From the NCBI RefSeq assembly GCF_009914755.1, contig NC_060929.1: a stretch of DNA of 64,000 nucleotides; one strand, 5' to 3'. Source of the stretch: the human T2T-CHM13v2.0 reference genome, Homo sapiens. The notes below the pieces were generated by a model, which had not been told where the DNA came from, searched no databases, and was given only the letters and a program-made list of their open reading frames with translations. The position numbers were made by a program, and so were the translations under genes. This document shows, piece after piece, positions 26,730-41,481 of this stretch (positions within the stretch are counted from its first letter, which is position 1; the number at the start of each line of letters is the position of its first letter).

Positions 26730-29475
26730 TCAATTTAATCAGTAGTTGTGTACAATATTATATGCTCTATAGTTTACTAGATGCTATAAAAAGAAAGGAA
26801 GGAAGATACAAAAGAAATATTCCTTGTGGGGTATGTGAGGGTCTGATATCAGGAGTTAGGCACATTAAGTTATTAGGAAAAACATATTAAATAATAGTAA
26901 GTGACTAGGTGCAAAACGTACTACAGACAGGAGAGATAAATGTAAGCCAAAAAAGTTAAGCAGCATTTTGGGGGGACATCAGGATTTGAGATGGAATTTA
27001 AAGGGAGAAGGAGTAGGACTATTCAGAGACTACAGAAGAAAGCCTTTAATTCAGAAAATGAATTTATAAAAGAAATCCAAATATGTAGACAACCATTAAC
27101 CTAATAATGATTAAAAAACCAATTAAAAACAGTTTATGTCAGTGCTAATGTTTAGTTTGTTAACACCTGTGACTAATTTAAGTGGCCTTAGGGCTTGTAG
27201 ATAATTTTTTTGGCTACAATTGAGTAACAACTTAGTCTCTGATGTACACAAACAGAACAACCCCAGGGAAAATTTGGCATCATCCTTAGTGCACAGTAGG
27301 CATTAATAAATGTCTAATCAATTAGACTAAAGATGAATAGTAGTTATAAAGCATATTTGAATAAAATAATGCTTGGTTTTAGAATTCTTTTAAATATTGT
27401 ATTATTAGAATGTGAAAGGCAATTACTAGACTGTCACTGGAGAATTTTTATATAATCCCAAAATAACAATACTTTAAGAAAAATAAAACATTTTTGTTCA
27501 TTAGCTACAGGATTCTAGAGTTGGTATTACATTAAAGCAATGTTATAACAATTTTGATGTCCACCAATGATCATGGCTCTGTAACTTACACAGTTCATAG
27601 ATAACGTTCAGCTTATTTCAAATTGCTTTCAGGTGAGGCATTGGAATTACAATGCCTAGTTAATCCTATTTAGTGGTCTTCAGATACGCCTTTATGTGCA
27701 TGGACTCTAGAAAGGTAATAAGTGTAGGACTATGACAGACAGTACAGCTGTGTAGGTTGTGATGAGTGTATCAGTGGAATGTCTTTGAAAGTATAAACTC
27801 TCTAATAGAGTCTCGAAATTTTTGTCAGTGTGCTCTCTATAGATAATTCACATACAGCTTCACTGAAAACCTTTACTTCAAATATGCTAGGATTAAATTC
27901 ACACAGGGAAATGGAAAACATTAAAAAGTATGCATGCCCTTGAAGTAAGGTTTTCACAGATGTAATGTCTCCTAAGTAATGACCTATGGTAGTAACACTC
28001 ATGACTCAATGAAGTACCTCCTTATAACAGGTTTGAAAATCTTTCCCTCTTTAGGAGAAGTAACTGTATTCTTTTACTTTTGTAGCCACATTTTAATAGG
28101 TAGTACTATGTTTCTCTTTCCGCTTTGATGTAAGATACTTCAAAGTCATCTATGTCCAGAAACTGAAAGAAAAAATGTGACAATCAGCTCTGGCCTTCAT
28201 GTTTATCAGAGAAAACAAAATAGACCACAATACAACAAATGACATGTTCTACAGAGTAATAAATGAAGTTTTGTCTTAAAGCCAGTTGGTGGGACAGTGT
28301 AGACATGTGAGCAAAACAATAATAATTTTGAAAAATGAAAAGCTATTTAAGTAATGAGTCTCAATGGACCTGTCTCCCTTAGCAAGGTTAGTAGATCACC
28401 AACTACTAATTAAAATTAGAATAACTGAACGAAAGAAGATTTACCTAGTTTAAAATCTAACTCTTTTAAATTAGGCCATTCTAATAAAGTAGATCAGGTG
28501 ATACATAAAGGGAGCCACAGTTAGGAATAGATGGGAAGATTACCATATTTGAACAACTATTTAGGCATCAATATCTAGAGAAAAAACCTAAGCAAAAAAT
28601 CTCAACTTAATGAAATCTCATACTCATAGATTTTTCCTCCCAGAGGTGCAGTAGGATCATTCAAAATTTTGTAGTTTCTTCTATGCTAAATTGAGTTTGT
28701 CTTTTTCATGTCAAGACTGACTACACACCAAAACATAGGTAATCATTTCCATAGATTCTTAGGAAACAAACATCTGGCCCATATTTTCTAATGATCATCA
28801 TGTTTGTATGTTACCTCCAGACTGGGCCTGGCATGCAGGTATAGTAATTTGGGGTATTTTGATGGCTGCTACCACCTAATGGAATATATGATGTTCCAGA
28901 TCAATTGTTAAGACACTTGAAAACATCAGATGGTACAATCTGTGATGCTTGAGATATTCACTAATAACAATTTGCTTCAGTCTGCATTTAGAAACATCTT
29001 ACATGGAGTTTCTCATGAATAATCCTCAAATATCTAAAGTAGATTAACCTAATAGAATGAAGTTAGAAAAATTTTCTTGTTCTTGCTGGTGGGTGTTAAT
29101 TTGGGTATATTAAAAAGACCAACACGTTGCTCTAAATACTCTGAAGCTGACTATTAGACTAAAAGATAGATAAATTGACCCACAAGAAGAAAGGGAGATC
29201 TGCCTTGTTTTCCTGACAACTTTACCCAAGTGAAATGTTCTTCCTGGTATGAAAGGATTAATCCTTGAGGGAAATTATTTCCCAGGATCCAAAGCATATC
29301 AGATAACAGAGCATAACTTTCATTAACTTAACGCATTACTATGTGTCAGATTTTACACAGCATCTGCCATCATGCATGAGAATTACTTCCCAACTAATGG
29401 AAGATTGACTTTAAGCAATAAAGGGCACAACTTCAAAATAGTTGTGTCATTCATTGTATAGAGAATGGCAAATGA

Positions 29476-29802
<327 letters not shown>

Positions 29803-32325
29803 TCAATGTCTAATTTCTATAAGCAATTATATAATAAAATATAAATCTTAAAATGAGACCCAAATAATTTTGGAGAAAATTTTAAGCTATTTAAAATAAA
29901 AATGAGGGTAAGCTCTCTTGCATAAGCAACAAACACTGACAAGGAAGAGTGAAAAAAAAGTTCAAAACAGAACAAAACCAAAATTGAATAAGTGACAAAA
30001 GAATTAGTGTAAACTCCTACAACAAAACCTGAACCTTCATTTATGTTGGAAATAAATGAAAAGGAAGCTTAGAATTAAAACCTGAAGGAAAATAAGGTTA
30101 GAATTTATGGAACATAATACCACAAATACTTGAAAGAAGAAAAGTGTGATGAATATAAGTAAGAATTATCCCATTTAGCTAACATTTATTAAGTACTCTT
30201 ATGCATCTGGTATTGATTTTAAGAAAATCACAGATTTGACGTAGAAACAGTGGACACATATTTTTATGTTTAAAGCCTCTCAGATTTTCTCCATTGCTTT
30301 ATATGTTTGTCACACTACAAATGAGGAAATATCTGCTCAGTAAAACCTTTAAAGTATTATTATATTATGCACAAACACTATTCAGCATTTTACAGAAATG
30401 TGTTTAAGGATGCTCCACAACACCTCCCCTCTGAGAGCCCCAAGTGGCCACAGATCACCCAGGGTTGGTAACTCCCCTTTGTGCTTGTTGTATGAATTCC
30501 TGTGAACTCCTCAATTCCTCTCTCACAATTAATGGGATAATATGCCTAAATAAACAAGAAAGGGAAGACCTTTAAAAGCTCTACTACTTCAATAAAAGGA
30601 CTTCATTTTGTGTTATTGAACCTCAGAGTTGACAATTTACTATGACTGACAGAGTAGACATTTCCCTCCCCACTTACATGCCCCTGGTAATGACACTCAC
30701 TTCACCATGCTTTGAGAGTTTTCATACATTTGCAGCTAAAGTCATTTGGCCTTTGGCCTTGTGCCTTCAGGGAGGCATTGACTTAGGAGGAAAGATTAAA
30801 TTAACCATAGCTAGACCAAAGAATAACTAAACAAAACAAAAAAGCAAAAAGATAAAGGAATGAGAAAGCACATTAGATGATCAAATGAGGAAGTCATTAA
30901 ACAAATGAAACCTTAGATTGAATAATTGGCAGAATTTTCTGAAACAAAAGGGCTCTTAAACTCTCAAGTACTGTTGTCCTGTGAGCAAAGTGATTGAGTG
31001 GCCACTAGGGTCAGGTAACACTAGATTGTCGTCCCATGGCAAGCTGAGTTGGATTAACAACAGAAAACAGACCAGGAAAATTCTTTTGGTCATTAATACT
31101 CAGCTGTGTTTATGGGAACAAGTCAATGTTACTTCTTTCTCACCCTTGAAAAGTGCAAAGAGGTCCAGGTAACTGTACCCATGATCAATCCTCATTGTCC
31201 TCTGGGTAGAAATTTTGCTTTTACATTTCAGAATCACCCAGACCAATGAAGAGTTTCTTCTATCCTCAATGTCTGGAATAGTGCCTTATCCTTAATATTT
31301 GGAATATTGCCTGACTCTGTAAATGTGAATGGTATATGAATACATTTGATTAAAAAAATGCCAGGACAAATTACTTTAAAATAACCTCTGGATATTTTCT
31401 AATTTCTGATTCCAGATCTTTCTGATTTCATTGCCTGTGTTTCTGGAAGAATGATTCAAAGGACTGTGGTCATTCATAAATGTTTATTGCTCATTAGATA
31501 CTTAAGTTTCACTGTGTCTCACCAAGCATAACGTTTTCCATGCTGTGCAAAATTTAATAAGTTACATATATTTAGTCTATGTTTGTTTCATCTCCAAGCC
31601 CATCGAGGTGCCACTTCTCGAGTTCTGTGTTGAGCACTAAAGTGCCCTTAATAAATGAGTCCAGATGGAGTGTGTGTGTGTGAAATAAGGTTGGGTGAGT
31701 TCGTGAGATACAGGCCACAAAGTGTTATACTCAGTCACTCCATAATATTCCACATAGCCTGGAGTAATTTTCCATAGCAAAATCTGAATAATGCTATTCA
31801 TTTGCTAGTGGTCTAAATGTCATAATTAGGACATGTTGCTGCTATAGAACTCTAATTACTAATAAAAAGCAACTTTCATCATGACTTTCTCCCGTTTAAG
31901 GCAAATGATCATTATATATAACTCTAGCCTTTCAACTCCTTGATCATTCCAATAAAGTATTTCTGAAAATGCCAAACACATTGCTTAGTTTGGGATTGTT
32001 GTTCTAAATGGAGACTAATGATTTATGTCTTTTTCAAATCTCATTCATTTGGAATTGTTACCAGGTGAGAAGCAAAAAGTGAAAAGTGGATATCTCAGCA
32101 GCCATTACCCATGCTGCACTACTATTGCTGACAAGACAGGACATGTTTTCCTTCTCTTTTACTGTGTTACATGAGTGCCTTTGCCAAGCAAGTCAAAGGA
32201 ACATAATCTAGTCAGGTTCAACTGCAGCATCTATTGGACCCACAGGATCTCTCTGCAAATATATGTATCTGTACATAGAGATGTACATAACATCAGGTTA
32301 GGCTAGCTTTTAAAGCGATAAAGTG

Positions 32326-32723
<398 letters not shown>

Positions 32724-32856
32724 TTATCAGAATTGCTTTAAACTCTGATGTGTTCCCAATGAAAATCAAAATACTTTGAAAATAAAACATGATAACACAC
32801 ACCAGCTAAAATCTTGATTAGCTGAGAGGAAGCTACAAGCAGATCATCTGAGCAAA

Positions 32857-33624
32857 TTACCTAACCGAACCTGGGTCCACTTGTCCGGTACATCCACACA
32901 GAGGTTTGCAGCAAGACAAAAGAGGGTATTTATTTGCAGAGTGTCAAGCAAGGAGAATCAAACAGCTCATGCCTAAGATCTGACCTCTCTAGAAGTTCAC
33001 AGGCAATAGTTTTTAGAGGAAAGGGTAAGTTTCAGGAAAACACAAGCTACAGGCAAAATCATAAATCAATACATGGAGGCTATACATTGGTTTGCCTCAA
33101 AAAAGTGAGATATTTTGAAATGGGGGCTTATGAGTCATAGGTGGATTCAAACTTTGATTTGTGATTGGTTAAAGAGGAAATGCTTTGTCTAAAAACTTGG
33201 GTTTAGCAGAAAGGAATGATAATGCCTGGGCTGTGGATATGTCTCTCTCTAGGCCTCCAGGAAGAAATTTAGAATAAAGAATGGCAGTCAGAGTTCATTC
33301 CTCAGTTCTCTCTTATCTGAGGTCTACAAGCCAGCAGATAGCATTTTCCATTTGGTGAAGGCTTGGGCTTTTGAAAAACAACTCTGAGACACATATTAAA
33401 ATGTTATCTGTAGTTTCTAAAGGAAACAAAGCATCTTGTGGTTCTTACTTCCTTGACTATTATTGTAAGCTTTTGTTACCTTCTTGCTTATCAAGTTGCT
33501 TATTCACTTCTGAAGGTTCCTTAGATGCCTGGAATTTCTGTTGAAGGAACTCAAGATTCTTTTTTATTTCCATGCTTGGAGGATGGGAGAGCAGCAGGCT
33601 AAGAGAGATCCCTACTCTGTCTTA
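32857..33624 (-). mobile_element. ERV1 (MER4-group, LTR39-like) solo LTR
   Basis: 'ggaatttctgttgaaggaactcaagattc...tttatttccatgcttgg...gatccctactctgtctta' and 'catccacacagaggtttgcagc...tttatttgcag...caagcaaggagaatc'. Confidence 0.65.
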
Positions 33625-34156
33625 GGTATGCAATAGTAATAGCGTCTTAGAACAGTGAATAGTCATTCACTCATTCATTTGGAAAACAACCACTGACAGG
33701 GCACCTATTTTATTCTAGACAATAATACCATTTGGGGACATAAAGATGGGTGTGATTCCTGTAGTCCAACAGATTAAAGTTCACTGTAGGAGACAAGCTA
33801 GAAATATGGCAATCAGTATAGGGAAAGAACCATGACTGCAAAAGACAGAACTGCAGAAGTGCCTGGGAGGGGTACTAATCCCAGAATGGGTTTGAGATGC
33901 AGCAGGAAAGCTTCCCAGAGGAGACCAAATATGAGTGAAATCTTAAAGAAGTCAGCCTGGAACATAGCCTTACAGAGTTTCATAGTCACATGTTATATTA
34001 ATAAAAAAAAAATACTACAGTTAGCATGCTTGACTCCCAGAAAGTCAAGAATAATTTTTGTGGCTGTTCAAAAAGTGACATCCTATATGAAAGTGGTTTT
34101 ATTATAAGTTGCAACATGACCCAAATTAACAATCAGCAGACATATACCATTTTTCT

Positions 34157-36596
34157 TTCTTTCTTTTTATTTATTTTTTAATTTTCTTTAAGTCTGTGTA
34201 GGGGTGGGTTGCCCCTCCACACCTGTGGGTGTTTCTCATAAGGTGGAACAAGAGACTTAGGAAAGAAAAAGACACAGAGACAAAGTATAGAGAAAGAAAT
34301 AAGGGGACCCGGGGAACCAGCGTTCAGCATATGGAGGATCCCGCCAGCCTCTGAGTTCCCTTAGTATTTATTGATCATTTGTGGGTGTTTCTCGAAGAGG
34401 GGGATGTGTCAGGGTCACAAGACAATTGTGGGGAGAGGGTCAGCAGACAAACACGTGAACAAAGGTCTTTGCATCATAGACAATGTAAAGGATTAAGTGC
34501 TGTGCTTTTAGATATGCATACACATAAACATCTCAATGCTTTACAAAGCAGTATTGCTGCCCGCAGGTCCCACCTCCAGCCCTAAGGCGGTTTTTCCCTA
34601 TCTCAGTAGATGGAGCATACAATCGGGTTTTATACCGAGACATTCCATTGCCCAGGGACAGGCAGGAGACAGATGCCTTCCTCTTGTCTCAACTGCAAGA
34701 GACATTCCTTCCTCTTTTACTAATCCTCCTCAGCACAGACCCTTTACGGGTGTCTGGCTGGGGGACAGTCAGGTCTTTCCCTTCCCACGAGGCCATATTT
34801 CAGACTATCACATGGGGAGAAACCTTGGACAATACCTGGCTTTCCTAGGCAGAGGTCCCTGCGGCCTTCCACAGTTTTTGTGTCCCTGGGTACTTGAGAT
34901 TAGGGAGTGGTGATGACTCTTAAGGAGCATGCTGCCTTCAAGCATCTGTTTAACAAAGCACATCTTGCACCGCCCTTAATCCATTTAACTCTGAGTTGAC
35001 ACAGCACATGTTTCAGAGAGCACGGGGTTGGGGGTAAGGTCATAGATTAACAGAATCTCAAGGCAGAAGAATTTTTCTTAGTACAGAACAAAATGGAGTC
35101 TCCTATGTCTACTTCTTTCTACACAGACACAGTAACAATCTGATCTCTCTTGCTTTTCCCCACAAGTCTGGGGATACATGTGCAGAACATGCAGGTTTTT
35201 TACATAGGTATACATGTGCCATGGTGGTTTGAGGCAGCTATCAACCCTTCATTTAGGTTTTAAGCCCCACATGCATTAGCTATTTCTCCTAATGCTCTCC
35301 CTCCCCTTGCCCCCCACACCCCAAAAGGCCCCAGTATGTGATGTTGCCCTCCCTGTGTCCACGTGTTCTCATTGTTCAGTTCCCACTTATGAGTGAAAAC
35401 ATGCAGTGTTTAGTTTTCTGTTTCTGTGTTAGTTTGTTGAGAATGATGGCTTCCAGCTTTATCCATGTCCCCGCAAAGGACATGGTCTGATTCTTTTTTA
35501 TGGCTGCATAGTATTCCACTGTGTATATGTGCCACATTTTCTTTATCCCATCTATCATTCATGGGCATTTGGGTTGGTTCCAAGTCTTTGCTATTGTAAA
35601 TAGTGCTGCAGTAAACATATATATGTATGTGTCTTTATAGTAGAATGATTTATAATCCTTTGGGTATATACCAAGTAATGGGATTGCTAGGTCAAATGGT
35701 ATTTCTGGTTCTAGATTCTTGAGGAATTGCCACACTGTCTTCCACAATGGTTGAGCTAATTTACACTCTCACCAACAGTGTAAAAGCATTCCTATTTCTC
35801 CACAGCCTCACCAGCATCTGTTGTTTCCTGATGTTTTAATAATCACCATTCTGACTGGCGTGAGATGGTATCACATTGTGGTTTTGATTTGCATTTCTCT
35901 AATGATCAGTGATGATGAGTTTTTTTTCATATGTTTGTTGGCCACATAAATGTCTTCTTTTGAGAAGGGTCTGTTCATATCCTTTGCCCACTTTTTGATG
36001 GGGCTATTTGTTTTTTTCTTGTACATTTGTTTAAGTTCCTTGTAGGTTCTGGATATTAGACCTTTGTCAGATGGGTAGATTGCAAAAATTTTCTCCCATT
36101 CTGTGCATTGCCTGTTCACTCTGATGATAGTTTCTTTTGCTATGCAGAAGCTCTTTAGTTTAATTAGATCCCATTTCATCATGCTACCTGACTTCAAACT
36201 ACATTACAAGGCTACAGTAACCAAAACAGCATGGTACTGGTACCCAAACAAATATATAGACCAATAGAGCAGAACAGAGACCTCAGAAATAATACCACAC
36301 ATCTAGAACCATCTGACCTTCAACACACCTGACAAAAACAAGCAATGGGGAAAGGATTCCCTATTTAATAAATGGTGTTGAGAAAATCAGCTAGCCATAT
36401 GCCGAAAACAGAAACTGGACCCCTTCTTTACACCTTATACAAAACTAACTCAAGATGGATTAAAGACTTAAATGTAAAATCCAAAACCATAAAAACCCTA
36501 GAAGAAAACCGAGGCAATACCATTCAGGACATAGGCATGGGCAAAGATTTCATGACTAAAATACCAAAAGCAATTGCAACAAAAGCCAAAATTGAC
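34157..36596 (-). mobile_element. L1PA8-like element with twin-priming 5' inversion (minus 34157-36176; plus 36177-36596), interrupted by LTR5_Hs
   Basis: 18-bp TSD GACATATACCATTTTTCT at 34139-34156 and 36594-36611; T-rich tail; strand switch at ccattt|catcatgctacc. Confidence 0.92.
34197..35164 (-). mobile_element. HERV-K(HML-2) solo LTR, LTR5_Hs
   Basis: 968 bp; minus strand starts TGTGGGGAAAAGCAAGAGAGATCAGATTG and ends ...CCCACCCCTACA; perfect 6-bp TSD AGTCTG at 34191-34196 and 35165-35170; CpGs largely retained. Confidence 0.96.
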
Positions 36597-37248
36597 ATAT
36601 ACCATTTTTCTAACTTGGCCCTGTTTATGGAAATACTAGCAAGTACTGTGTCCTTTTTGTGACTTAGTTTCCTCATTGATGAAATGTGTAGTTGGCATCT
36701 CCAGTCCTAATTTGTTCAGGGTATCTTCCCCAGGTTGAGGTTGGGACTGGTACATTGTCCACATTTGCTGGGATAGACAGGGTCCTGTCCTTGCCACCTT
36801 CAAAAGAATAAGGGCTTGAACATAGATGTTCATAACAAATTTTATTATACTTACTTCAGCATTTCGTATAGTGCCAACCAAATCTTTTTGTCCTTAGGAA
36901 GTAATTCATTATATTTACCAGCACATTTTTAAAGTTTTCTTTAGAAACCTACTTTTTAAAGAACATTATCTAAAGGAAAAAAATACATTAAATACTACAG
37001 TTACTAGAACTCAATTTAGTTAAAAATGTGAAATATAGAATATAATTATAAAATGTCTTTAAACTTTCTTTTAGCAGGCTCTAATGTACAGCATATCTTT
37101 AAGAAGACCTAAAGAAAAAAATAAGCTATTAATGTTAGATTATATATATGTACCTTACTAAAAGTATTTCTTTTTCAGAATTATACTCTCTGAATAATGA
37201 GTCAAATTTCCAAAGGAAAAAATCTATATTAATAAAAATAGTATTGTC

Positions 37249-37588
<340 letters not shown>

Positions 37589-38549
37589 TCATATATGTAG
37601 CCTTTGTGGAAGAATAGGAGTTTAAAAATGTTATTTTTCCTTTATAATTGTCTTTGTTTATCTTATGAGGGTGAAATTAGAAATCTGAAGAGAATACACA
37701 CTAATAAAAGCATGTGTTCCCAAGGGCATTCTTTATATGAATTTTTAGGCTAAGTCAATCTTCAAAATACATAAGCAATATTGAGAGCCATGAATCTGGG
37801 TAAGAGATGTAACTAAGAACAGGACATCAAAAAAATTGTTAAATTATCATGGATAAAGTAAATTACTTCTTAAGATAAAATACATCAAGTGGTAGAAACA
37901 AACATGATCAAGTTGTTTATTTGAAATAGACTAGGAATGTATGACCTTCCTGGAGCAGTTAGTTTCCTTTGGAATAATATAAATGTGTTTGATGCACAAA
38001 TATTCGTAGCAGGGAGTCTGTTGTGATCAGTAAGAGTAAGGGTGTGTTTATGTGAAAGCTTAAGTATTGCTCTGAATACTTGTTTAGCTAGTACCATAAC
38101 TGAGAGAAATGGGCTGTTTCATAAATATGTTTGTATATCATAAGCAGTATTGAATATAGCAGTCCTTCAATATAACTAAGGTCATGGTAAATCTGGCCAT
38201 TTCAGAGGACAGATTAGTTTTGTTATTTTAATAACAGATTAATAAATAATGTATTTCTACAACATGTTCTATCCTTTTTTAGAAACTACAACTAGTTCTT
38301 TAAATATTAAGGTTTGATTAGATTCTCTTTGGCATTCATTATTTGGAAGAAGCTAGCATTGTGTAGAGAACTGTAAATCTCAAGTTGTTATTAGTGATTA
38401 TAAAGCCCTTTGAATTTTAGAACATCATTACATTAGATTCTAATGATAAAATATAGGCAAATGAAGATTTTCTATAAAGTTAAGAAGAGTAAGCTATAAT
38501 TATGACAGCTATGGTTTTCTTCACTAATTGTTCTTTATTAAAGCTTAAT

Positions 38550-38750
38550 ATTTTATTTATATTTATATTTATATTTATATTTATATAAATATTTATATAT
38601 ACTATCTATATATTTATATTTATATAAATATTTATATATACTATCTATATATTTATATTTATATAAGTATGTATATATACTATTTATATATTTGTATATA
38701 TATATTTATAACTATATAAATATAAATGTTTATATAACAAATATTTATAT
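38550..38750. repeat. TA-rich low-complexity tract with a 39-bp period
   Basis: ACTATCTA/ACTATTTA marker recurs at 38601, 38640 and 38679. Confidence 0.85.
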
Positions 38751-38751
38751 G

Positions 38752-39030
38752 ACAAAATCTATTAATCTAATTCACCATATTCATAAGTTGAATGACCAAA
38801 AACTAAGACCATTTGGTAAAACTCAACATCCATTCCTGATTTTTAAATAAATCTTAAATAAAATTTGAGTAAATGGGCAAGTGATTAAATACTAGAAACA
38901 ACTGCAATCGTTTTGGAACAAAACAAGTACTATTAGTTATCAATTGCTGCAAAACAAACTATCATAAAGCTTAGAAGTTTAAAAATATATATTCATTATG
39001 TCATAGTTTTTGTGGATCAGAAATTAAGTA
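38752..39030 (+). repeat. Dispersed direct duplicate of 40171-40450
   Basis: Manual alignment gives ~25 substitutions plus 1 indel in ~280 bp (~91% identity). Confidence 0.95.
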
Positions 39031-39430
39031 TATATAAAATGTATTTATAAATATATTTAAATATTTTATATTTATAAATATAAATTATTTATATTTATAT
39101 GAATAAAAATAATTCATGTAAATTTAGAGTATTATCTATTATATATTTATACTGTATATAATATTTTATATCATTATAGTAAATCTTTGTCATTCATAAT
39201 GAATCATAGAATAATTAATGACAAGATTTGCAAACTATTTCTGCACTTCATTGAATTTGAAAATAGTCTTCCTACAAATCATTCTTTCTCATCATTAGCT
39301 GTCATCTCATAGTGCCTAATTTCTTTCTGTTCTGAAGCTGGAAAAAGAGGAACAAAACTAAGAATTAATGGTAATAAAGCTTTAATGAATTTTGTTATGG
39401 AGCTGCTGAAAAAGTTTTTCTACCTGGGCA

Positions 39431-39700
39431 TGTAGCTAGTTTGCCTTCCCCTAGTTTTAAACAATGGGACAAGGATTTCAGTGCGAATAGTTTACCTGGG
39501 AGGTGATTCTTTAAAATACCAGGTGGGCATTGGAGAAGAGAGACAGTATAGGGAAGCAAGTCCATAAAAGATACAATGTCAAGTAGGTTCCTGCTGTAGT
39601 CAGCTGGGCTTCATCCACATAACAAATTATGGGAAACTCAGGATTATTCCACCTGAGTGTGGAAGAAGCTGGGGTATTTACCTCTAATTCGTAATACTTT
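39431..39700 (-). mobile_element. LTR33-like ERVL LTR fragment
   Basis: 'gacaaggatttcagtgcgaatagtttacctgggaggtgattc...gaagctggggtatttacc'. Confidence 0.6.
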
Positions 39701-39849
39701 TATGGATAAAGGATGAGGCCTGAGAATGTAGAAATAACCAGAGAGATATCCAGAAATGTTAAAGAAATATAAAAGTATTTTGTTCAACAACATAAAATTA
39801 TTAAAACATAGATATCCTGTAGATAATTTTAGACAATATGAAATATTAT

Positions 39850-40347
39850 CATAGATTAAATATAAAATTTAAACAATTGTAGAATTGAGAGAATGTTCAA
39901 ATATTCACTTCTAAAAAACACCAGCCCTGGTTGGAATCATAGGTGAAGTCAATTCAGCCCTCCAAAAATGGAAAATGTCAATGCTTCTTATACTTTTCCA
40001 TGGTATAGACTGACAAGACTTTTCATAATCAAAATACATACAGATACATCATTTTCAAATGTAAATGTAAAATCCTAAATAAATCATATAAAACATAATT
40101 CTACAATATATTTAAAGATTAATGTAAATTCCTGGAGTTTATTCCAGGAATATAAGGATGATTCAATATTACAAAATCTGTTAATATAATTCACCATATT
40201 CATAAGTCAAATGACCAAAAACTAAGATCATTTGGTAAAACTTACCATCCATTCCTGATTTTTAAATAAATCTTAAATAAAATTTGAGTAAATGGGCAAG
40301 TGATTAAACACTAGAAATAGTTGTAATCATTTTGGAACAAAACAAGC
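39850..40347 (+). mobile_element. Old L1M ORF2 fragment
   Basis: 'gtttattccaggaatataaggatgattcaatattacaaaatctgttaatataattcacca'. Confidence 0.65.
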
Positions 40348-40557
40348 ACTATTAGTTATCTATTGCTGCAAAACAAATTATCATGAAACTTAGAAATTTA
40401 AAAAATATGTATTGATTATGTCACAGTTTCTGTGGAACAGAAATTCAGTAGCAGTTTAGCTGCATGCCTCTGGTGCGGGTCTCGCATAAGGCTACAATCA
40501 AGGTGTCAGCTGAATCTGTAGTTATTTAAAGGCTTGACTGTGGGGAAATTCTACTTT
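40348..40557 (-). mobile_element. MLT1 LTR fragment
   Basis: 'tattagttatctattgctgcaaaacaaattatc...cacagtttctgtggaacagaaattcagtagcagtttagctg...aggctacaatcaaggtgtcagc'. Confidence 0.7.
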
Positions 40558-41138
40558 ACTACTTATACCAAAATAAAATTCCAGTGATCAAAGATTTAAA
40601 CATGCGCGCGCGCACACACACACACACACACTTACACACACAGTAAATATGTTCTCTTTTTTCTTTTTCGATCTTTGATAGGAAGTGCCTTTTTAAGCAA
40701 CACTCAAAACCCAGAATCCAAGAAAGTAGGTACACTGTAAATACATTCAAATTTCTTTGTAATAAGGACACTATAACAAAAGCACAACATAATATAAAAC
40801 ACACAAAAACGCAAACTTAGAAAATACTTTCAATATACATCAGAGTAAAGAAGAGCTGATTTCCTTAATAGAGAAAATGTCTTACAAATAAATAAGAAAA
40901 ACTAAAATTTTATTAGAATAATGTACAAAGTAAATAGATTCGTAAAGAGCTCAAAATGGCTCATTTGCATGAGGTCGTCAGACTTAATCATCATTTATAC
41001 AATCTCAGTATTTCTATTATTCCTCTGTCAGATTGGAAATAATTTTAACATGTGAGAATTATGTGGCAAGGATATAACTAAACATGCAATCCCCTACACT
41101 GTTAGTTTAAATAGTTTAAATTGTTATAATTGCTTTTG

Positions 41139-41455
<317 letters not shown>

Positions 41456-41481
41456 TCTTATAATTGCTTTTGAAGGTAACT

